This document shows, in pieces, positions 1 through 9,661 of a stretch of DNA of 20,000 bases (the stretch's first letter is position 1; each line of letters starts with the position of its first letter). Under the pieces are notes generated by a model. That model did no database searches and had not been told where the DNA came from. It saw only the letters and a program-made list of their open reading frames with translations. Position numbers and translations under genes: made by a program. Origin of the DNA: Mesotaenium endlicherianum. Taxonomy: Eukaryota. The DNA lies in contig WELA01000963.1 in NCBI GenBank assembly GCA_009602735.1, positions 246,267 through 266,266 on the forward strand, read 5' to 3'.

Positions 1-3000
1 GCCCCGCTGCGCCACCTGGCGCTGGCCTGTCTCTCCTCCTCTCGCTCTCTTTGCCTGCTTCCAGCCGCCGGGCTCCTCGAGCCCCGCGCCTGCTGCCAGG
101 TGGCGTCTGCCCTGGACCCGCAGGGCTCTTCGCCTGCGGTGTCGTGGCTCCTCCTCGTGCGGTCCTCCCTCTCACATCGTGAATGTGCGTGCGCATAGCT
201 GGCGCTGCCGTGCACGGACAGAGAGCCAGACGCACTGATATACACATGCTCATACAAATGTGCGCGTACATGGCTGCTAGCGTTGCATTGCATTGACCAA
301 AGAGCAACTGTAATAGTGTCAGCCAGAGTCACTTGGCCGGAACGCTCACAAGTGCGAGTGAGGAGCGAAGTGGCACAAGCCAGAGACGGAAACGTGGGGC
401 AGTACCTGCGGCTCGCCACCTTGACAGCACTCCTTGGAGGCGCCTCCCCCTCTCTGCCATCCCCCCCCTTCACCTGCTGCTGCGGCTGCTGCTGCTGCTG
501 CTGCTCCTGCCCGCACTTCTCCTCCTCCTGCTGCTGCTGCAGCGGTGACGGCTGCTGCTGAAAGCACCCAATTCCTCCAGCAAGCGCTATGGCCGCCGTG
601 TGCTTCTCAATCATGTCGTGCAGAACCTGCGCAGCCAAAAAGCGCGCGCGATGTTACACCGATAAGCGAGCATGTGAGTGAGTGTGTTAGAGAGAGAGAG
701 AGAGAAGTGCAGGACAACATCCCGTCCCAGCGTCTTCTTTTCCCCAACTGACGCGCCTACCCAGCTTTCCAGCTGCCACCAAAGCATGTATACCTGCAGG
801 GGAGATCGCTTGGGGCGGCGGGAGCGGTACTTGAGGCGGCGCCGCTTCAGGTCCCTCTCCTGTGCCAACCTCTCCGCGTCCCTCCCCCCCCTGCCTTCGC
901 CCTGCTGCCCCAACCCTCCCCACTTCATACCAGGGGTCAACACGTCTAGCTTCTTCTTGGGCAAGCACGGCAGACCAGACGGAGGCACAGCAGTTAGCGA
1001 GAGAGAGAGGGACAGGAACACCCACGCCTCACTTGTTTGTACTACACCTCATGAAGCGAGGGGAGGAGACATGGATGGAGCTAGAGCAGGAGCAGGAGGA
1101 GCATCAGGAGCATCAGCAGGGGGAGAAGGGGGAGCAGGAGGAGGAGCAGGTGCGGGAGCGGGAGGGGGAGGAGGAGGTGGGGGCACGTGCATTGGAGGGG
1201 CGGTGCCAGAGGAGGCCGTCATGCTGCACCAGCGGCTGCCAGTCGCTGCGCAGCGCGCGCTCCTGCGCCGCCTCGCGCTGCCACTTGTCGTACAGCTCCA
1301 CTCTGCACGCTCCTCACGCCCGAGGGCCAGCGCGTCAGTCGAGCATGCTCGGCCCCGAGCAAGCAAGTCAGGGCTGTTCAGACGTCAGGGTGCCGTGCGC
1401 ACCTGAACCTCTTCTGGCTAAGTGAGAATCGCACTGCCGGCGAGAAGCAAAGCTGTGGGGCGACGGTGTGCAGGGGATGCTGTCACTCCACGCTGATGCT
1501 CTAGTTTGGCACACACACTTTGACAGTGTGTGGTGGCATCCCCCCCCCCCTGAACTTACTATGCCATCCCTCCCCCNNNNNNNNNNNNNNNNNNNNNNNN
1601 NNNNNNNNNNNNNNNNNNNNNNNNNNNNNNNNNNNNNNNNNNNNNNNNNNNNNNNNNNNNNNNNNNNNNNNNNNNNNNNNNNNNNNNNNNNNNNNNNNNN
1701 NNNNNNNNNNNNNNNNNNNNNNNNNNNNNNNNNNNNNNNNNNNNNNNNNNNNNNNNNNNNNNNNNNNNNNNNNNNNNNNNNNNNNNNNNNNNNNNNNNNN
1801 NNNNNNNNNNNNNNNNNNNNNNNNNNNNNNNNNNNNNNNNNNNNNNNNNNNNNNNNNNNNNNNNNNNNNNNNNNNNNNNNNNNNNNNNNNNNNNNNNNNN
1901 NNNNNNNNNNNNNNNNNNNNNNNNNNNNNNNNNNNNNNNNNNNNNNNNNNNNNNNNNNNNNNNNNNNNNNNNNNNNNNNNNNNNNNNNNNNNNNNNNNNN
2001 NNNNNNNNNNNNNNNNNNNNNNNNNNNNNNNNNNNNNNNNNNNNNNNNNNNNNNNNNNNNNNNNNNNNNNNNNNNNNNNNNNNNNNNNNNNNNNNNNNNN
2101 NNNNNNNNNNNNNNNNNNNNNNNNNNNNNNNNNNNNNNNNNNNNNNNNNNNNNNNNNNNNNNNNNNNNNNNNNNNNNNNNNNNNNNNNNNNNNNNNNNNN
2201 NNNNNNNNNNNNNNNNNNNNNNNNNNNNNNNNNNNNNNNNNNNNNNNNNNNNCCCCCCCCCCCAACACACAAATACGCAAGAGACGGAAATATACACAAG
2301 AATACGCCTACACATACGCATAAACTCACAGACACATGTGGGAGAGCGTGGGTGCGAGCATGTGCGTCCTCTGCCAGGAAGAAGAAGGCAGCCCACACGA
2401 GGCCTCTTCCCGTGGGGCCTTGCCAGGAAGAAATTAAGAAAAGAGAAGAAAAAGCAAGAGCTCAAGCTGCACATTCCCGTATAACCCCAGCCGGCAACAG
2501 ACACTTGGCCGCTCTGCAGCCACAACAGGCTGCACACTCGCCGCGCTGCGGCCACTGTGAGCGCTTCATCATAAGCTTCCAAGCAAGATCTCACAAGGTG
2601 CGCCATACGTCTGTACGTCTCTCCGTCAGACCTTACTCGCTCACAGGCGAGAGGCCGAGCTTTCCTGTCCAGCTGGCTCCGTCGTGTCCTCTTGCATCTA
2701 CCCACCCGTGGTGCGCGTGCGCAAGGCGAGCTTCCTGCAAGCTCCAGGCTGCTCACCAGCTTCACATGGGGGGCTCCTACGGGGGGCATCATAGACTTTT
2801 GTCCCCCCGTCTCCCACGTCCCGGTCTCTCCTCTCATGGAGGTGGAGACAACGAGGGCGACGTCAAGGATGATGATGATGATGATGATGATTTGGAGGAG
2901 GAGGAGGAGGAGGTCAACAGTACATATGCGCGTCGGAGTGCCAACCCAAACCTTGCCGCGAACATGCAACGTATCTCTGAGCACTCCAACTCAAATTCCA

Positions 3001-4293
3001 GTTTCTGAAGAGGGGCGCGAGTGGTAGCAAACCCCCGCGTGTTCTGAGGGGCTTGAAACGAGGGCTATGGCTCAGGGCTTAGGGCCAGGGCATAGGAGCA
3101 CTCGGCACGTACGAGACAGCCGCGTTGGAGTCGGGGCCGTGCAGGGCGCGATAGTCCCGCAGCGCCGCCAAGGCCTGCTCCACCTCCCGCATCTGCGGGG
3201 GCGGCGCAGCCGCACTCCACGACGTCTCTCCCTGCTGCTGCTGCTGCTGCTTCTGCTGCTCCTCCTGCTGCACCTCCTGCTGCTCCTCCTGCTGCGTCTG
3301 CTGCTGCTCCTGCCTCTGCTGCAGCTCCTGCTGCTGCTGCTGCTGCTTCTGCTGAGCACTGCCACCACCACCAGGAGCCTCTCGTCCTGCACCCGGGAGG
3401 CTCTCGACCCCGCCAGCTGCCGCGTCGCTCTCTGCCCCTGCTGCACGCCCCTCGCCCTGCAGGCGGCCCCCAGAAAACCTACAAGTGGCGGCATCTGCCA
3501 CCAGGTGCTTCAAGAAAGCCAGAGGGAGGTGGTGCGCCTGATCCGAGTCCGTTACCAGTGCCAGCTGGCCCGCCACCCACTGGGCCCCGCGGTGAAGCGC
3601 AGGGCATGGCACAGACAACCCTTCCCTCCGCTCCCCAGGATCGTCAGCCATCAAGTGGGCAGACGCCAAGAGAGCCGATGCTTCCTCTGCTGCGGCGCAC
3701 ACCCAGAGGCGCAACAGCACAGCCACGTGTTCTGCAAGGCGTGGCGGCAGGGCCTTGCCGTGATGCAGGCGCATGCGTGTTGCCAGCCAGCGGCTTACTG
3801 TCTCGTTGGACCCGTCAAGGTGCCGGAGCACATGCTGAAAGTTTCTCGAGTAAAGCTCCGGCAGTCCTCCCCACGCCCGGGCCTCTTTTTCGGCTGACCA
3901 CAGCTGTAGGATGGACAAAGAACTTTGCTTGAGGGTTTCGCCATTGCTGCATTTTGTACTTAGAGAGTTACTCAGAGATTCGGGGATGGGGCTCTCACTC
4001 GCTCCTTTTGCCGAGCCCAGCTGCACCACAAAGGGGGCGTCCTCGTAGAACGAAGAAGAAGGAACGCCAGGTGGCAGCATGCTTTCACCCTGAAATTGAT
4101 GACCGAGAAGGCTGCAGCTGTCTTCATGCGACCTGAGAGCATGACCAGGAACTCTGTGACTGGAATCTTCGACACACTTGCAAAGGTGGTGCGTTACGGT
4201 GTTCAAATCCCATGATAAAGATGCAAGAACGTGCTTGATAAGCTCATCTGTAGCTGAAATTTGGCCTTCAACTCGAGCGAGAAGCTCAGCCAT
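1..4293 (-). CDS. SNRNP48: U11/U12 small nuclear ribonucleoprotein 48 kDa protein (minor spliceosome), spliced, 3' end runs off the window
   Basis: Proposed exons 4293-3113, 1302-1191, 904-794, 626-406, 204-<1, with consistent phases. CHHC zinc finger C-x5-H-x9-H-x3-C (CVEDSSHRVPGHALRSHEDSC, aa 40-60). C-terminal blocks typical of plant U11-48K: WQPLVQHDGLLWHRPSN, LAQERDLKRRRLKYR, RSPLQ|VLHDMIE...LAGGIGCF. The exon 2 donor (GC) and last exon are less certain, and a small exon could lie in gap 1577-2252. Confidence 0.88.
475..560 (-). repeat. Second coding CAG-rich tract in SNRNP48 exon 4
   Basis: Interrupted (CTG)n on plus; encodes QQQPSPLQQQQEEEKCGQEQQQQQQPQQQ. Confidence 0.85.
1577..2252. 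other. Assembly gap (others at 10156-10298, 13162-13343, 14469-15133, 19392-19541)
   Basis: Runs of N. All five are intronic and bounded by G- or C-rich runs, as expected for sequencing dropout. Confidence 0.99.
2868..2912 (+). repeat. (GAT)8 and (GAG)6 triplet repeats in SNRNP48 intron 1
   Basis: GAT x8 at 2868-2891 and GAG x6 at 2895-2912, read directly. Confidence 0.9.
3233..3355 (-). repeat. Coding CAG/GAG triplet repeat (poly-Q/E tract) in SNRNP48 exon 1
   Basis: Interrupted (CTG)n on plus; translates as QQKQQQQQQELQQRQEQQQTQQEEQQEVQQEEQQKQQQQQQ. Confidence 0.9.
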
Positions 4294-5122
4294 GGTTTGC
4301 CGGCAATTCCAAGCTTCTAAAGTCTCTTACACTGTATCACCGATTTCGAATTTCCCCATACGTTGACGATGTGTACTCCACCCCTTTCCTTATCCATGAG
4401 TTGTCTCAGACTGGAGACATTTCCAGCTGCTTCGTGTAAAGGGTGTGAAAAAGAGTGTACATATGATATGTACTCCAAAGAAGCTCGGAGAATCTGTCTA
4501 CCATGCTGGGCAGAATTGAGCACGTACTACCCAGAAAAATTCGTAGTGAGGGCTGGATGTGGCTTAACCTGCAGTGCATTTAGCAAGTTCAATTTTGAGC
4601 AATCATTCTGCATTTTGGTATATAGCTGATTAAACTGGGGTGGAATTGCAATGATATTTAACGAATGAGCCTCAGCACGTTTCTCTTCTTTTTTTTCCAG
4701 AGCTATTCACATACCTTGTAGAGGCGTGTAAGAGACTGTTGTAAGTGGTTATGTAAGCGGTCCGGGGACTTGTGTGTGTGCCACTTGTGAGCTGATGTAA
4801 GCATAGAGAAGGATCCCGACTCCCGAGGGGCCAAGCTGGGTCGTGCAGGCCGGACCTAGTCCGGCAAGACTTGGGTGCTCTTGGGTGCTCCAGTGCAGTC
4901 TGTTTGGACAGGGCGGCAAGCGACCTTTTTCCGGCACTGCAGGGTGCTGCAGGGCCCAGGCTAGCGCTGGGCCGCCGCACCTAGTATTTCTCGTTTCCAA
5001 TTAGCACACTGAACTTCGTCCTACCCATTTTGAGCTCCAACATAGTGAGGTGTACACACGATCGCCTCCACTGAAGTTTCTCGATCTCCCTTAGACTAGA
5101 ATTCGAGCTGCAGTGAGCTTTT
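4294..5122. promoter_or_regulatory. Divergent (head-to-head) intergenic region between SNRNP48 and ACL5
   Basis: Start codons at 4293 (minus) and 5164/5347 (plus) face away from each other. Promoter function is inferred from position only. Confidence 0.55.
4814..4984 (+). mobile_element. Possible non-autonomous mini-Helitron (alternatively a structured ncRNA)
   Basis: A|TC at 4813-4815; hairpin GGCCCAG-7nt-CTGGGCC (4953-4973), then 7 nt, then CTAG|T (4981-4985), the layout of a Helitron 3' end. Copy number cannot be assessed here. Confidence 0.3.
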
Positions 5123-5164
5123 ATGATAATCGTCCATCGTCGCCTCTTTACAGAAAGATATTAA
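5123..5164 (+). promoter_or_regulatory. Candidate 13-aa upstream ORF (MIIVHRRLFTERY*) whose TAA overlaps the in-frame upstream ACL5 ATG
   Basis: ATG at 5123, TAA at 5162-5164, ATG at 5164-5166 (TAATG). Whether it lies inside the transcript is unknown. Confidence 0.35.
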
Positions 5165-5346
5165 TGTTACAGTTTCGTAGGAAGTTACTTCATTCGATAT
5201 TTCCGTCGGGACTTCGCCACTCTCTACTATCGAAGAAGCACCCAAAAGCACTCACACTCCCTGCCAGGAGGCTTGCATCGGGGGAAAGTTCTCCTTCTAT
5301 TGGTATTCAATCCATCAAACAATCTCTGCAACCTCCCGAGAGCATA

Positions 5347-7047
5347 ATGTCCTCATCACGCCGGCTTTGGTTCGAGGAAGAGCTTGAGGAGGATCTGCGA
5401 TGGGTTTTTGGCGTCAATAAGTAAGAGTCTCTCAGCTTCCTAGGTTTTTAATAGTGTCGTAGTTCGAGTTCAAGGTACCTGGCAGCTATCCATTGTGCCT
5501 TCTACGTTTTTGAAGAGGTCCCTTTATTCACTTTGCCGTCATGACTGTGTGGCTGTCCTATAAGGCCGATCGGTTCAGGTTCTTGGTGTGGCATTGTTGA
5601 CCATTGAATATGGGAGGGACCGTTCTACTGCTTCTATGCAGGATTCTTCATACAGGCGTTAGCGAGTACCAAAGCATTGAGCTGATTGAGAGCGGCCCTT
5701 TTGGAAAGGTCAGTCCATTTTGACCAGATGGCAATTGACGAGTGGTACAATTACCTTAGAACGCATTTTTATCAGATATCAGAGGTGGACTACTGTCTTT
5801 CTTTGTCGGCCAGTATCCGCCTCGAAGAAGTGAAGAGTCTGCCCAGAGAAGCCGCTCTGTTGTAAAGACCATTTCAGCTGGCACGTTCAAGGTGCATGGG
5901 TCGTGAGGCCTTCAGATATCCCAGGAGCCAAATGCATGCATCTACAGAGCCAGCCGGGTGACACCTTCCTGGCCCAACTTTTCTCACACGATCCTGGTGC
6001 TGGGGGGTGGGGAGTGAGGGCTGTCCAGGTGCTAGTGCTGGATGGCAAATTGCAGAGTGCGGAGGCCGACGAGTTTGTGTACCACGAGTCCCTGGTCCAC
6101 CCTCCCCTCCTTCTACACCCAAGGTGAGCCCGAGGTCGACGTTGCGTCGTCTTGCCCTCTCGGCTGCTGCTCCCTGGAAATCGCGCACGCGGTGCTCTGT
6201 GGGGGGCAGCGGGGGTGCTTGTTCTGGGCTGTTGGCGCGAGCTGCAGTGGCTGCAGAGTGATCGCAGCTCTGATGCGGTCATGGCTGGAGGTGTGTGTGT
6301 GGGGAGCGCAGGCCGGAGAGGGTGTTCATCATGGGAGGGGGGGAGGGGTCGACCGCCCGCGAGTGCCTAAGGCACACGAGCGTGAAGAGGGTGACCATGT
6401 GCGACATCGACCAGGCACGGCGATACCCTGGCCCTCACCCTCTCCCGTGTGTATCGGGCTGTGGCTGTGCGTGCATGCATGTCTGCTGTCTCACATGCTC
6501 CACCCTGCCAGCTGCTTGCGTTGCACGTCTGCCCTTGCTTGCCCCCCTGGCGCACGCCTGCGCTGACTCTCTCTCGCACTCTCGTGTGCACGGGGGCCGG
6601 GCGCATGCGAACGGGCGAGTGCAGGAAGTGGTGGAGTTCTGTAGGCAGCACCTGGAGATGAACTCGGAGGCGTTTGCGAGCGACAGGCTGGATCTCGTCA
6701 TCAACGACGCCAGGTGAGCAATCGCTCAAAAGCGACACCTGTGAGCAAGCGTCACGCCGATTGGACCGATCTGCCCCTGGAGGCTCAGGGTTGAGGGTTT
6801 TGAAGCGTCGCTAGCGGGGGCCGGGGGTCGCGGGGAGCAGGGCTGAGCTGGAGAAGGAGCAGGAGGCCTACGACGTGATCGTGGGCGACCTTGCGGACCC
6901 CGTGGAGGGCGGGCCGTGCTACACGCTCTACACGCACTCCTTCTACTCCCACGTCCTAAAACCCAAACTTAAGCCCGGCGGCATCCTTGTCACGCAGGTC
7001 ATACTTCCTCTCCCTCTCTTGATCTTCCTCTCTCCTTTCCTCTCTCC

Positions 7048-7113
<66 letters not shown>

Positions 7114-8423
7114 TGCGTGTGTGTGTGTGTGTGTGTTTGTGTGAGGGTGGGCATGTGGGTGCGCGGGCGTGCATGTGTGTGTGCGTGTGTGTGTGCGTGT
7201 GTGTTTGTGTGAGGGTGGGCATGTGGGTGCGCGGGCGTGCATGTGTGTGTGCGTGTGTGTGTGTGTAATTTACTCTTGCGGGCATGGGGGCTGTGCTAGA
7301 GTACTGAGAGGGGGGGCTGGTCGGTGGGCAGGCAGGGCCAGCGGGCATCCTGAGCGGCGGGGAAGTGTACAGCCCCATCTACAACACACTGCGCCAGGTC
7401 TTCAAATGTATGTACAACCAGGACACCCTCGTGTACTTGTCGCCAGCAGTACCCCCCTCGCCTGTGTGGTGGCCTCCTGCATCCGTCGTTTGTCTTTGTC
7501 GCAAGCAGTATCTCCCCCCCCCCCCCGCCCCCCCGGTCCATCGCCTGTCTAATGCGGGCTGTCTGTTGGGTGCGTGTGTGCTCTCAGATGTGGTCCCCTA
7601 TGCGGCTCACGTGCCCTCATACGCCGACACCTGGGGCTGGATCATGGTATGTTCCCTGCTACCCGCTGTAGGCGTAAGGCCGTCATTCATTGGTATGTGT
7701 TCCCCAAAGAGTCGCTTGCAAGCTGAGCTTCGAATTTTAAGGCGTTGTGTTACATCAGCTTTGACTTTCGTGTCGCCCGAGGACTTTGCAGTTCCGCGTG
7801 AGGCAAACACGTGTACGATGCTGCTCTGCTGCTGCCTCAGGGACATCATGGAGGAACCGGGCTTGCTTGGGAGCAATGGATCGTACGAATGCGTGGAATC
7901 AGCGGGACGAGCTAGAAATCGAGTGGGGCAGAAAATGAGGCTTGGTCTTGAGGATTCGCAGCTGAAAGAAATATTAATGTGACCCACTCTCGTGTGCTTG
8001 GACGTGTTGCAGGCTTCGGATGAGCCTTTGCCAGCTGTTACTGCCGCAGACGCTGACCAGAGAATAGGGGAGCGCATTGAGGGGGAATTACGCTTCCTCG
8101 ATGGAGAGACTCTTGTCTCCATCCTCACCCTAAACAAGCACACGAAGAAATTGTAAGCCCGCCTTGCTCTCTGTACTGCGAATGCAGTTAGGAGTTTCTC
8201 AATGGTTGTGTTCTATAATTGGATCCATTTATGCGAAATTGCTCTCCACGATCCTTTTTGAACGCGTGAATCATTTCTTTTTCTTCATATGATTCTCACG
8301 CTGGACATGCGCTGTTTGCTGGTCTTGAGACACAGGCTTGCTGAGGAGACCACAGTGTACACAGAGGAGACACCGATGTTCATCCATGGCCATGGCACAC
8401 ACAGAGCAGACAAGGCCCTATGA
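5347..8423 (+). CDS. ACL5: Thermospermine synthase (ACAULIS5-type aminopropyltransferase), 10 exons, 315 aa from ATG 5347 (376 aa from in-frame ATG 5164)
   Basis: Exons 5347-5420, 5642-5708, 6029-6123, 6312-6414, 6625-6713, 6841-6997, 7332-7407, 7588-7646, 8013-8152, 8336-8423 (948 nt, all phases consistent). Motifs [75 protein letters not shown] and FIHGHG are characteristic of ACL5 rather than spermidine synthase. Confidence 0.95.
7053..7266 (+). repeat. Compound (CT)22-(GT)n microsatellite plus a 68-nt tandem duplication in ACL5 intron 6
   Basis: (CT) run 7053-7096, then GT repeats; the unit TTTGTGTGAGGGTGGGCATGTGGGTGCGCGGGCGTGCATGTG... starts at both 7136 and 7204. Confidence 0.95.
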
Positions 8424-9661
8424 TGAGACCATTAGTGGCTCAGGGTGAATAAAATCGCATCAATTAATAGCTTGTCCTAGGCAGTTTTCTCAAGATCTGC
8501 CCGCTTTGATCATTAATTTCTTGGCAGCCAGGTTGACGATACTTTCACAGGGCAACGCAGCATGTCATAATGGAAATTGAGTACGACTGATCGGGGTAGT
8601 TCCTCTATTTGAAAAGTGGAATCTCCCAAGTGTTGTAATTACTTATCAAGATTTGTTCTCTTTCAACTCACCAATACAAAGTGAGCCACATTCTTTTTGA
8701 TATGAACCACATTCTATATATCTGTGTTATGGACCATATGCTCATGTCTGACAATTTCTGTTCAGATTGTATTGTTTTGAGAGAAACGAAGAATGTACTA
8801 AAAAGAGAATGAAAGGGGTAGGAACTATGTCCTATGCCTGTTCATTGATTTCTGTTTGAGCTCTGTTAAGCTGATGTCTGTATACATGTATATGGACCCA
8901 CTAGTGACGCGCTCAATGAAGTATTTTAGTGACTGTTGGAATCACTTTCAAGTCTCCCATGGCGGATAGTAGTATGGCCAGGACGTGTGCAATGGCAACA
9001 ACTAAAGGTATGAGCAAGTCAACGCTTCTTTTGGCTAAGCAGAACAGTAGTCACAATGCTACTGTGACTGTGTCCCCACTGTTACTTCATGTCACCTGCT
9101 ACAGTTAAAAACTCTTCCGCACCAATTTGGCTCATGACTGACCCACAGATTTGCCAGCTGTGCAGGCGTGTAAGGGGGTTGGGTGAGTCATCGTAGCATT
9201 CCAGCTGCACTGGCTGCAGGAGTGCATAGAGCGTATTTGATTAGGTTTAGAAGCTTTGGGTGAAACTCCGACGCGCATGAAATCCACAAATTGCACACAC
9301 TGTCAAATCTTTGGCTTGCGACGTTATATCGCAACCTTCAGTTTCCTTCCAAGCACGTTCTCCAAGGTGCAAAGGGGTAGCTAGGCTAGTGAGTGAATGT
9401 AGAAAGCTTGCAGCAACTGAACGGTGTTACAAGCCCTGTTTTTAAATACCAGTTGTCTGTCAGCTACGATAATTTAGGAATGCAGACGAGGCACACCTAG
9501 AACCCCAAAGAGCTGCAGTCCAGCAATTATATCCTATTTTAGAAAGAAGTTCTGCTCCTTACGAGTGATTGCACCTGAACAAATAGAAGGGTTTGAATGA
9601 GCTGAGTGACATCTTACCTGTAAAACATGTACACCTATTTAACTACCTATTGACACTACCT

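Noticed and set aside
2566..2795. Box C-like ATGATGA/ATGATGC and box D CTGA motifs on the minus strand of SNRNP48 intron 1
   Set aside because: The perfect C box lies downstream of the D box, and no terminal stem or rRNA guide is evident.
3067..3897. 276-aa plus-strand ORF with poly-Leu, and similar long antisense ORFs over RPB2 and the SET gene
   Set aside because: Antisense shadows of GC-rich coding exons and CAG repeats.
4525..4605. Sm-site-like motifs (AATTTTTC on minus, AATTTTGA on plus) suggesting an snRNA next to SNRNP48
   Set aside because: No recognisable 5' functional sequence of U1, U2, U4, U5, U11 or U12 nearby.
4660..4775. Minus-strand AAGTCCCCGG resembling the 5' P4 strand of RNase MRP RNA
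   Set aside because: The preceding bases do not fit GAAAGUCCCC, and the only candidate 3' strand (GAGGCTCA) does not pair properly.
9044..9069. Two overlapping 7-bp inverted repeats between the ACL5 and ndhS 3' ends
   Set aside because: Short enough to arise by chance, with no supporting context.
9575..9660. Splice-like signals just after the ndhS stop (CAG|GTAAGA at 9617)
   Set aside because: The nearest partner sites would give 43-nt introns, far shorter than any other intron here; cannot be supported without reads.
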